Source: Amphiscolops sp. MND2022 (lineage: Eukaryota). Taken from it: a stretch of DNA of 64,000 nucleotides. Positions 53,201 through 64,000 of the stretch are shown piece by piece (position 1 is the stretch's first letter; each line of letters starts with the position of its first letter). The notes below the pieces were generated by a model. That model worked only from the letters and a program-made list of their open reading frames with translations, did no database searches and was not told where the DNA came from. Both the position numbers and the translations under genes were made by a program. The stretch is from the NCBI GenBank assembly GCA_964187785.1, contig OZ076409.1, positions 75,704,001 through 75,768,000 on the forward strand, given 5' to 3'.

Positions 53201-55168
53201 TAAGAAGAGAAACTTCTCAAAAAATCATGTTATGTGTCATATTCCATTCCAGGTTTTTTAATCGGTGCTTGTCGGTTATGGTATTAACGCTCAACAACGA
53301 CCTCACTTACAACAAACAACTCGTTTATAGTCTTTAAAAGTGTTTATAATACAACCATGCTTGGTCTGGACACATTTTTTATCCCATTCGTTCGTAACAA
53401 TAAAAATTTTTTCCCCAATAACCCAATTTTTGTCAGGTCGAAAACTGATTTTTCGTGCTTTGAACAACATTATTGTGTCTGACGTAACCTGTGGCCTCCG
53501 AAATACTGAAAAACAGATATATGACTGGTATCAAATGCTTCAGTGACATGTGAGCCACGATAACACGTTTTGCAAAGAAAAATTCAACTTTCAACTGAAA
53601 ATTTCGAAGACACATTTTCACAATAGAAACAGAATATATGACAATCTAACCTAATTCCCGTCAATTACTATTAATATAGTATCATTGTTGCGAATATGAG
53701 GTCCATACAGGGGTGTATGGGAAAAATATGGCGCATAAAGCATTGTGTAACACAAAGTTTACCAAAGTACTAAGAATTTGTCACGGTGTTTTTGCACTCT
53801 AACTCTAAAATTTGATGGTGTAAACATCAATGAGCAGTTCAATTTAGTACGGTTTATCAACTGTGTATCCTTTTTCAAAGTGCACGATCTTTCTGTTGTT
53901 CCAAAATCCTTTGTTAGGGCTGAAAAGTGTCATATGTTTTACAACGCAATGTTCATTAAAAGATACATTAGCAAAGACCGAATCAACTTCACAGCAGGTA
54001 ATCAAATTCTCAATACGTCTTTCAGTACTTGGATTTCGCAGACTATATAGATTTGATTTGCATTTTTTTAAAGACTTTATAACTGAATCTTGCATTTTTA
54101 TAAAGAGTTTATAAAAAAATTTCGTGATAGCCTTCCAAGTTGGCCTTCGGCCAACTTGGAAGGCTAACACTACAAACACCAAAAACCAGGAGTTACTTTA
54201 TTCTCAAAATAGGCGAGGAAACTTTCATTGAACTTTCTTTTCTCACCTTAATTGATAAATTCAGGACATGAGCATTTCTATTCGCTATACGATGACCACC
54301 ATTGTGTTCAATAAATAAATCTTTCCTTGTGACGCTTAAAAATACCATAAAAACTAACTTGAAACATATGAATTGTATGTGGAACGTACATTTATCTAAG
54401 CAATGAGTGGCTACTACTATTGGTTCCACGAAATCCTCTACCCCTCCACCAGACAGTACGTTATATCATACGTTGCTGTATTCCACAGTGGTGACATAGG
54501 GCAAAAAAAGGAAATGGAGTTGGCGTGTATGTATTTCTAATGCATTTAAGTCAGCCACTAGTGGTAGGAAAGGTTCAATACTACGGAATAAATCTATCCT
54601 AACTGAAAATTATTTGGGCAAACACATGGCACACAAAAATACTTCAAAAATTTTCAGCAGTCAATTCCTTCCACAAAAATTTTTCTGTCCGATTGTGAAT
54701 AATTTCAATATTTGGAATTCGCCAGTCCCGTCATCTTCGCATCTCAGCTCGGTCACAACAGAGCTTTCTTTTTTACAATTCTCTCCACCCATTTCCACAT
54801 AACGAGGCAGTTACGTTCACTATTTGGAGTGTTATTGGAGATTATAAGGCATTAATCACTGTTATGAACAATTACTTCTAATGTTGATACTCTTCCACTT
54901 TTCTTTGTAAATTGTTAAAGTAGAACATCGCTTTTATTCAGCAGGAACGTCGCGTTGGCTTGCAGATTGATGGATAATAAGTGACAAGTAGCATTGTAAG
55001 GCACCACGTGTAGTGGAGATGCCAAATATGAAATACGTTGAACACAACAAAGACTACTTTTGTCAACATAACGGAAAACGAAAATTTTATTGTTGAAAAT
55101 TCTTATCTTTCTATACACATTTTCCTCGCTTCTCGGCAGTGTAACTGCAACAACCTCGCCTCCACTGG
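50274..55168 (+). mobile_element. 4895 bp non-coding cassette, subtype beta
   Basis: Starts GTGGTCCGGGGTGGTCCCCC. Colinear with alpha but visibly diverged, and near-identical to the unit starting at 60067. Confidence 0.85.
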
Positions 55169-58100
55169 GTGGTCCGGGGCTGTATTGTGCCCCACAGTAG
55201 TCCTTGCGAGGCCGGGGAGGGTCCCGATTGCCGAGCGCATTATCCAAAATACATCACTAGTCCACCGGGTCGGATTTCGGCGATTTTGGAATCTAACCAT
55301 ACGATTTAAATAAAACTTTGCACACATACCTAAAATCAAATTATAAGAACTTTTTTCCCCTGACGTATCATCATTGAAACATTTGTTGAAAAGTTATGTG
55401 CAAATGATCGTGTTTTTTGGCACTTTTTCGCATTTTTCACACAGTAGCTCCACACTTTACGCTATGCATTTGGCCCATTTTTTGCGTGCGCGGCATAAAT
55501 GATGTCATGTTTACACATGCCAAAAATTATTTCTCAATTCGCAACAGGAGTGGAGATATGGCGGATAATAGTGGCGGAAAATTTAACGAATACGAAAATT
55601 TGCACATATTTGGCCAAAATTTGTTTCGAAAATGAGAAAAATAAAAAAGTCCGAGGATTGCGTTGAAACTTGGCACACAGGTAGTAGAACAAATTTTAAG
55701 AACTTTTTTCTTCTGACGTTTTTCCGAAAAATTGCATCTTCAACCTATATATGCAATATTTCGGGTTTTTTGATTCAAGGTGATTTATCACTCACATATT
55801 CAAAGTCCAAATTCAGCATGAAGCAACGCAGATACCGGCAAGGTGCACATATTGCAAAATCATCAACGGCCAACGGTCTACCGAACGGTCCAAAAAAATT
55901 TTCCCCTCGGGCTCAATCAAAGTGGCCAAAAGTGCCAAAAGGTATATTCCAACAGTATCACCATTACAAAATTGATGATTTGACCAGGAGCAACGGTCCG
56001 CACGGTCTCGGACCATAAGGTGAAAAAGTGTCAGTGAGTTATGGTGACGACCAAAATGACATTGGTTGACCTCTAAGAGGCCTCTGGAAAAATTTGATTT
56101 TTTTGAGTCACGGTCCGAGTTGATCTGTTACGTTGTATGAACATTTCATAATCATGTTACTCATAACCGAGTACAGATAGCACCGTGGGTCATCTTTATC
56201 AAAATGAACATTGGGCAGCGGTCTAACGATTGAGTGCAAAAAATATACCTTAGTTGCCGTAGTGACAGAAAAAAATTTTCAGAAGTGTTGTTTTCAAATT
56301 TTCATGTCGACTCGCAGTTACAAAATTGTGATTTTCTCTTCTGCAACGGTCCGAACGGTCTCGGACCATAAGATCAAAATTTGTCAGTGTGACATGGTGG
56401 CGACCAAAAACACATTAGAACAGTGGTAGGAAGCTTCTGAAAAAATTTCGAAATTTTACGTGGGTCCGAGAGTTATAGTGTCACATCGTAACTACATTTC
56501 GGGTATGCATATCTCCTTACAGAGTACAGATAGCATCATGGGTCACCTTTTCGAAAAAGAACGTGGGCCACTGGTCTATCGATTGGTCATAAAAAGTTTT
56601 CAGTCACTGCTGCACGGCGTGCACAATATGCCAATATGGGGTATTTAGCATTTTTTTGCACGACTCGGACCTACAAAAGTCCCATTTCTGCTCCACCAAC
56701 GGTCCGTACGGTCTTGAACCATAAGGTCAAAAAGTGTCAGTGTGCTATGGTGACGCCCAAAAACCTATCAGTACACTGGTAGAGTGCTTCTGAAAAATTT
56801 TGGAATTTATAGGTGAGTCCGAGAGTTATAGAGAGTTATGTTGTCACATCGTAACTACTTTTCGGGTATGTATATCTCCTGACAGAGTACAGATAGCAAC
56901 ATGGGTCATCTTTTGGAAAGTAAACGTGGCCCACTGGCCTACCGAATGGTGATAAAAAGTTTTCACTAGTTGCTACAGGGAATGATAAAAGTGCTTACAT
57001 GTGTTACTTACCATTTTTTTAGGCGACTCGGACTTACAAAAAGCTTATTTGCTCGCCAACAACGGTCTCTACGGTCTCCGACCATAAGGTCAAAAAAGTT
57101 TTGTGAGCTATGGTGACGCCCAAGAACCCATCAGTTTACCTGTAGGATGATTCTGAAAAAATTTGTTTTTTTCCAGTTCACTATGTTAGATATTACATGG
57201 CGAACCGTGTTATTTTTCCAACAAAATTATGTTTTTGAGTGCCCGAAATTAGTTTTTAAAGCACAATAGCCACATAAAATGTTGTTTTGCAAAACATGGG
57301 ATGTGAATAACATGAAAAAAGTGCCCACTGTGGGTTTGGGGTCATTTTGAAAAAATCAGCTGCCATTGGACGTTACACAACAGAAAATCATACCTCACAT
57401 ATCAATATATGGGTTGAGTGAAAAATAGCTTAAATGATTTTTCAGTCAATCAAGACCCTTTTTTGTTCACAACCACGTGTACAGCTGACGTTGAACGCAT
57501 ATTGATCTTCCGCAATGGTTACATTACGATTTTGAGTGACAAAAGCCCCGTTGACAAACAAAATTCCAAGATAAAGTTTGTTTCCAAATCATTTTTTGAC
57601 GTATACAACCGCCAATTTCTGCCCACACACATCAATTATCCACTTCTCTTAGTCCAGTGGCATGTGAAAAACACAACTAGGCATTGACAATCCACATACA
57701 CTAAAAATCGAGTAGTCATGGGCAACAATATTTACAAATCAGTAGTGAAATTTGTCTAAAATTGATAACACATCACAATTTTGTTGGAATCAAACTAGCA
57801 AAATGGAGGTTTATCAGCAACTTTTGGCTTTCACAGCAACCCACTGGCCCTGTAATATAGGAAAAGGGTGTTTACCGAACTTTTAAGGTTATATTTCAGA
57901 GTCTGAGGTAGCTAAAAATATCATACTGAAGAGACGCATGACTTCAACTTCAGTATTTTTCCCGATGTGTCAGCACTTTTTTGGTATCGGCGGTCCCACC
58001 AATACTGTTTTTGGTCTGACACTAAACCTTAGGATCAACCAAGGTGGATACCAGACTTGAAAAATCATTGCAAGGAATTTCGACATGTCAAAAGTAGTGA

Positions 58101-60066
58101 TGACAGGAGATATTTCCCAAAAATTCCAGTTATTTGTCACGTTCCATTGTGCCTTTTTTAATCGGTCCTTGTCGGTTATGGTATTAACGCTCAACAACAA
58201 CCTCACTGACAAGAAACAACTCGTTTATAGTTATAAAAAGTATTTATAATACAACCATGCTCGGTCTGGACAGGTTTTTCATCCCATTCGTTGTTAACAA
58301 GCAAATTTTTTTCCCCAAAAATCCAATTTTTGTCAGGTCGAAAATTGATTTCCCGTGTTTTGAACAACATTATTGTGTCTGACGTAACCTGTGGCCTCCA
58401 AAATACTGAAAAACAGATACATGACTGGTATCAAATGCTTCATTGACATGTGAGCCACGATAACACGTTTTGCAAAGAAAAATTCAACTTTTAAGTTAAA
58501 ATTTTGAAGACACATTTTCATAATAAAAACAAAATTCATAAAAAGTAACTTATTTCCCGTCAAATACTATTGATATACTATCAGTGTTGCTAATATGAGG
58601 TCTATACAGCGGTGTATGGGAAAAATGTGGCGCATAAAGCATTGTGTAACACAAAACTTTCCAAAGTACTGCGCATTTTTCACTGTACTTTTTGGACTCT
58701 ATGACAAAAATTTGATAGTGTAAACATCAATGAGCAGTTCAATTTAGTACGATTATTCAACTGTGCATATGTTTCAAAGTGCACGATCTTTCTGTTGTTC
58801 CAAAATCCTTTGTTACGGCTGAAAAGATTCACATGTTTTACAACGCAATGTTCATTAAAAGATAAATTAGCAAAGACTGAATCAATTTTACAAAAGCTAA
58901 CAAACTTCTCAATACGTCTTTCAGTACTTGGATTTTGCAGACTATATAGATCTGATTTGCATTTTTATAAAGACATTATAACTGAATCTTGCATTTTTAT
59001 AAAGAACTTATAAAAAAATTTCGTGATAGCCTTCCAAGTTGGCCTTCGGCCAACTTGGAAGGCTAGCACTCCAAATACCAAAAACAGGAGTTCCTTTATT
59101 CTCAAAAGAGCTGTGGACAGTTTCATTCAACTTTCTTTTCTCACGTTAATTGATAAATTCAGAACATAAACATTTCCATTCGCTATAAGGAGATCATAAT
59201 TGAGTTCCATAAAAACATCTTTCATTGTGTCGCTTAAAAATACCATAAAAACTAACTTGAAACATATGAATTGTATGTGGAACGTACATTCTATTTACCA
59301 GTGAGTGTCTACCCTTATTGGCTCCACCAAATCCTCTACCCCTCCACTAGACAGTACGTTACATCATACGTTGATGTATTTCACAGTGGTGACATAGGGC
59401 CAAAAAAAAAACGAAATGGAGTGTATGCATTGCTAATGTTATTAAGTCAGCCAATTGTGGTAGGAAAGGTTCAATACTACGAAAAATATCTATTCCAACT
59501 GAAAATGATTTGGGGCAAACACATGGCACACAAAAATACCTCAATAATTTTCACCAATCAATTTCTTCCACAAAAACTTTTGTGTCCGATGGTGTATAAT
59601 TTCCTAATTTGGAATCAGCCAGTCACGTCATTTTCGCATCTCAGCTCGGTCATAACAGAGCGTTCTTTTTTGAAATTGTCTCTACCCAAATTCACGTAAC
59701 GAGGCTGCTACGTCCCCTATTTGGAGTGTTATTAGTGTTTATAAGGGATTAATCACTCTAATGAACATATACTTCTAATGTTGAAACTCTTTCACTTTTC
59801 TTTGTAAATTGTTAAAGTAGAACATTGCTGTTATTCAGCAGGAACTCGCTTTGGCTTGCAGAATGATGGAAAATAAATGACAAGTCGCCCTGTAAGGCAC
59901 CACGTGTTGTGGGGATGACAAATATGAAATAAGTTGAACACAACAAAGACTACTTTTGTCAACAGAAGGGAAAACGAAAATTTTAATTATGAAAATTTTT
60001 ATGTTTTTTAATACACATTTTCCTCGCATCTCGGCAGTGCAACTGCAACAACCTCGCCTCCACTGG
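55169..60066 (+). mobile_element. 4898 bp non-coding cassette, subtype alpha (second copy)
   Basis: Same length and diagnostic variants as 43292-48189. Confidence 0.85.
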
Positions 60067-63000
60067 GTGGTCCGGGGTGGTCCCCCACATGAACTATTGC
60101 GAGGCCTGGGGAGGGTCCCGGAGCCGAGCGCTATATACAAAATGCATCCATGGTAGACCGGGAGAAAAACAAGCGATTTTCCAATCTAACCGTTAGATTT
60201 CCATGAAACTTTGCACACATACATAAAATCAAATTCTAAGAACTTTTTTCCCCTGACGTATCATGATTGAAACATTTGTTGAAAAGTTATGTGCAAATGA
60301 TCGTTTTTTTTTGGCCATTTTTCGCATTTTTCACGCAGCAGCTCCACACTTTACGCTATGCATTTGGCCCATTTTTTGCGTGCGAGGCATAAATGATGTC
60401 ATGTTTGCACATGCCAAAAATTATTTCTCAATTCGCAACAGGAGTGGAGATATGGCGGATAATATTGGCGGAAAATTTAACGAATACGAAAATTTGCACA
60501 TATTTGGCCAACATTTGTTTCAAAAATGACAAAAATTGAAAAGTCCGCCGATTGCGTTGAAACTTGGCACACAGGTAGTAGAACAAATTTTAAGAACTTT
60601 TTTCTCCTGACGTTTTTCCGAAAAATTGCATCTTCAACCTATATTTGCAATATTTCGGGTTTTTTGATTCGAGGTGATTTATCACTCACATATTCAAAGT
60701 CCATTTTCAGCATGAAGCAACGCAGATACCGGCAATGTGCACATATTGCAAAATCTTCAACGGCCAACTGTCTACCAAACGGTCCAAAAAAATTTTCCCC
60801 TCGGGCCCAATCAAAGTGGCCAAAAGTGGCAAAATGTTTTTTCCAACAGTATCACCATTACAAAATTGATGATTTGACAAGGAGGAACGGTCCGCACGGT
60901 CTCGGACCATTAGGTGAAAAAGTGTCAGTGAGTTATGGTGACGACCAAAATGACATTGGTTGACCTCCAAGAGGCCTCTGGTAAAATTTGATTTTTTTGA
61001 GTCACGGTCCGAGTTGATCTGTTACGTTGTATCAACATTTCATAATCATGTTACTCATAACCGAGTACAGATAGCACCGTGGGTCATCTTTATCAAAATG
61101 AACGTTGGGCAGCGGTCTAACGATTGAGTGCAAAAAATATACCTTAGCTGCCATAGTGAAAGAAAAAAATTTTCAGAAGTGTTGTTTTCAATTTTTCATG
61201 TCGACTCGCAGTTACAAAAATGTGATTTTCTCTTCAGGAACGGTCCGAACGGTCTGGTACCATAAGATAAAAATTTGTCAGTGTGACATGGTGGCGCCCA
61301 AAAACACATCAGAACACTGGTAGGAAGCGTCTGAACGATTTTCGAATTTTCACGTGGGTCCGAGAGTTATAGTGTCACATCGTAACTACATTTCGGGTAT
61401 GCATATCTCCTCACAGAGTACAGATAGCATCATGGGTCACCTTTTCGAAAAAGAACGTGGGCCACTGGTCTATCGATTGGTCATAAAAAGTTTTCAGTCA
61501 CTGCTGCACGGCGTGAATAATATGCCAATATGGGGTATTTAGCACTTTTTTGCACGACTCGGACCTACAAAAGGCCCATTTCTGCTCCACCGACGGTCCG
61601 TACGGTCTTCGACCATAAGGTGAAAAAGTGTCAGTGTGCTATGGTGACGCCCAAAAACTCATCAGTTTACTTGTAGAGTGCTTCTGAAAAGTTTTGGAAT
61701 TTTTAGGTGAGTCCGAGTGTTATAGAGAGTTATGTTGTCACATCATAACTACATTTCGGGTATGTATATCTCTTGACAGAGTACAGATAGCAACATGGGT
61801 CATCTTTTGGAAAATAAACGTGGGCCACTGGCCTACCGAATGGTGATAAAAAGTTTTCACCAGTTGCTACAGGGAGTGATAAAAGTGCTTACATGCGTTA
61901 CTTAGCATTTTTTCAGGCGACTCGTACTTACAAAAAGCTCATTTGCTCGCCAACAACGGTCTCTACGGTCTCCGACCATAAGGTCAAAAAAATTTTGTGA
62001 GCTATGGTGACGCCCAAGAACCCATCAGTTTACTTGTGGGATGATTCTGTAAAAATTTAGTGTTTTCGTGCAGACTATGTTACATATTACATTGGGAACC
62101 GTGTTTTTTTCTCTCCAAAATCATGTTTTTGAGTGCCCAAAAACTGTTTTTAAAGCCCAGTAGCCATCTAAAATGTACTTTTGCATAACATGGGGTGTGA
62201 GTAACGTGAAGAAAGTGCTCACTGTGGATTTGGAGTTATGTCGAAAAAATCACCTGCCATTAGACGTTACATTACAGAAAATCGTACCTTACATATCGAT
62301 TCATGGGTTGAGTCAAAAACAACTAAAGTTCTTTTTCAGTCAATCAAAACTCTTTTTTGTTCACAACCAAGTGTACTGCTGACGTCGAACCTGTTTTGAC
62401 CTTCCACAATGGTTATAGTGCAATTTTGAGGTACAAAAGCCTCGTTGACAAACAAAATTCCAAGATGAAATTGCTTTCCAAATCATTTTTTGAAGTATAG
62501 GAACGCCATTTTTAGCCGACAACCATCAAATATCCACTTCTCTTGGCCCAGTGGCTTGTGAAAAATACAACTGGGCATTGACAAGGCACAAGGACCTTAC
62601 TTCGAGTAGTCATGTCCCACAATATTTGCTAATCGATAGCAAATTTTGTTGAAAATTGATACAACATCACATTTTTGGTGGACTCGAAATGACAAATTGG
62701 AGCTTCTGCAGCAACTATAGGCTTTTAGTGCAACTCAGTGGCACTGTTATTTAGGAAAATACGGTCTACAGTAGTTTCATGCTACTTTTTCAGAATCTGA
62801 GGTACATAAAAATATCATTCTGAATAGACATATGACTTAAACATTGGAATTTTTCCAGTTGTGTCACCACTTTTTTGGTATCAGCGGTCCTACCAACACT
62901 GTTTTTGGTCTAAAACTAAACCCGAGGCTCAACCAAGATGTATATCAGACTTGTAAAATCAATGCAAGGACTTTCGGCATGTCAAAAGTACTGATAAGAA

Positions 63001-64000
63001 GAGAAACTTCTCAAAAAATCATGTTATGTGTCATATTCCACTCCACGTTTTTTAATCGGTGCTTGTCGGTTATGGTATTAACGCTCAACAACGACCTCAC
63101 TGACAACAAACAACTCGTTTATAGTCATTAAAAGTGTTTATAATACAACCATGCTTGGTCTGGACACATTTTTTATCCCATTCGTTCGTAACAATGAAAA
63201 ATTTTTCCCCAATAACCCAATTTTTGTCAGGTCGAAAACTGATTTCTCGTGTTTTGAACAACATTATTGTGTCTGGCGTAACCTGTGGCCTCCAAAATAC
63301 TGAAAAAGAGATATATGACTGGTATCAAATGCTTCAGTGACATGTGAGCCACGATAACACGTTTTGCAAAGAAAAATTCAACTTTCAACTGAAAATTTCG
63401 AAGACACATTTTCACAATAGAAACAGAATATATAACAATCTAACCTAATTCCCGTCAATTACTATTAATATAGTATCATTGTTGCGAATATGAGGTCCAT
63501 ACAGGGGTGTATGGGAAAAATATGGCGCATAAAGCATTGTGTAACACAAAGTTTACCAAAGTACTAAGAATTTGTCACGGTTTTTTTGCGCTCTAACTCA
63601 AAAATTTGATGGTGTAAACATCAATGAGCAGTTCAATTAGGTACGGTTTATCAACTGTGTATCTTTTTCAAAGTGCACGATCTTTCTGTTGTTCCAAACT
63701 CCTTTGTTAGGGCTGAAAAGTGTCATATGTTTTACAACGCAATGTTCATTAAAAGATACATTAGCAAAGACCGAATCAACTTCACAGCAGGTAATCAAAT
63801 TCTCAATACGTCTTTCAGTACTTGGATTTCGCAGACTATATAGATTTCATTTGCATTTTTATAAAGACTTTATAACTGAATCTTGCATTTTTATAAAGAG
63901 CTTATAAAAAATTTTCGTGATAGCCTTCCAAGTTGGCCTTCGGCCAACTTGGAAGGCTAACACTACAAACACCAAAAACCAGGAGTTCCTTTAATCTCAA
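60067..64000 (+). mobile_element. 4.9 kb cassette, subtype beta (second copy, cut by the window edge)
   Basis: Matches the unit starting at 50274, including the palindrome at 63921-63959. Confidence 0.85.

Larger units (their letters stand above)
1..64000 (+). repeat. Heterogeneous head-to-tail array of non-coding mobile-element-like cassettes joined at CTRG|GTG; extends beyond both window edges
   Basis: The C of the junction motif lies at 733, 2002, 3283, 4565, 5841, 7114, 8402, 9688, 10970, 12239, 13523, 14812, 15854, 17143, 18460, 19729, 21121, 22408, 23677, 24986, 26257, 26571 (CTTG), 27889, 29177, 30462, 31743, 33018, 34307, 35623, 36911, 38192, 39455, 40729, 42003, 43288, 48186, 49222, 50270, 55165 and 60063. 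The sequence type can switch exactly at these points, and there is no spacer DNA between units. Confidence 0.93.

Noticed and set aside
447..63907. The many short ORFs in the ORF track, including recurring MPFFRKCT... and MGSGLTIECK... peptides
   Set aside because: All are at most 145 aa, overlap on both strands, and are broken by frameshifts and stops between near-identical copies. None shows recognisable transposase, Rep/helicase, recombinase or RT motifs.
737..64000. True bacterial integron cassette array
   Set aside because: There are no cassette ORFs, no intI, and no GTTRRRY/RYYYAAC attC ends, and the long palindromes are not at the crossover. Only the architecture is analogous.
1..64000. 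Assembly artefact or simple homogeneous satellite
   Set aside because: Copies carry distinct substitutions, subtype structure and non-periodic order, which collapse or a simple satellite would not produce. The exact unit order still needs long-read confirmation.

Overview
This window has no credible protein-coding gene. The ORF track contains only short ORFs (at most 145 aa) that recur because the DNA is repeated. The whole 64 kb is one uninterrupted, same-orientation, head-to-tail array of non-coding units, probably from an animal genome (inference). I count 39 complete intervals plus a partial unit at each edge. All are joined at the same short junction, CTRG|GTG: CTAG|GTG 34 times, CTGG|GTG 5 times and an aberrant CTTG|GTG once. 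At least four unit families share this junction: (i) a ~1.26-1.32 kb family with many subtypes (737-43291); (ii) a ~1.4 kb family (19733-21124, probably also the partial unit at 1-736); (iii) a ~4.9 kb family in two alternating subtypes; (iv) a ~1.04 kb family. Unit order is not periodic, so this is not an ordinary satellite. It looks like a cassette array built by repeated, precise, site-specific addition of non-autonomous mobile elements with no target-site duplication. All full-length units share a GGG(T/G)AGGG(C/T)CC motif about 40 bp after the junction and a long palindrome in the 3' part. The 1.3-1.4 kb units also carry CAACGCC direct repeats and a near-perfect p53-family response element/hairpin (GGGCATGCCGAGGCATGCCC) about 40-55 bp before the junction. 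The enzyme is not encoded here, so the mechanism (HUH rolling-circle versus tyrosine recombinase) is inference. All coordinates and similarities were read by eye.
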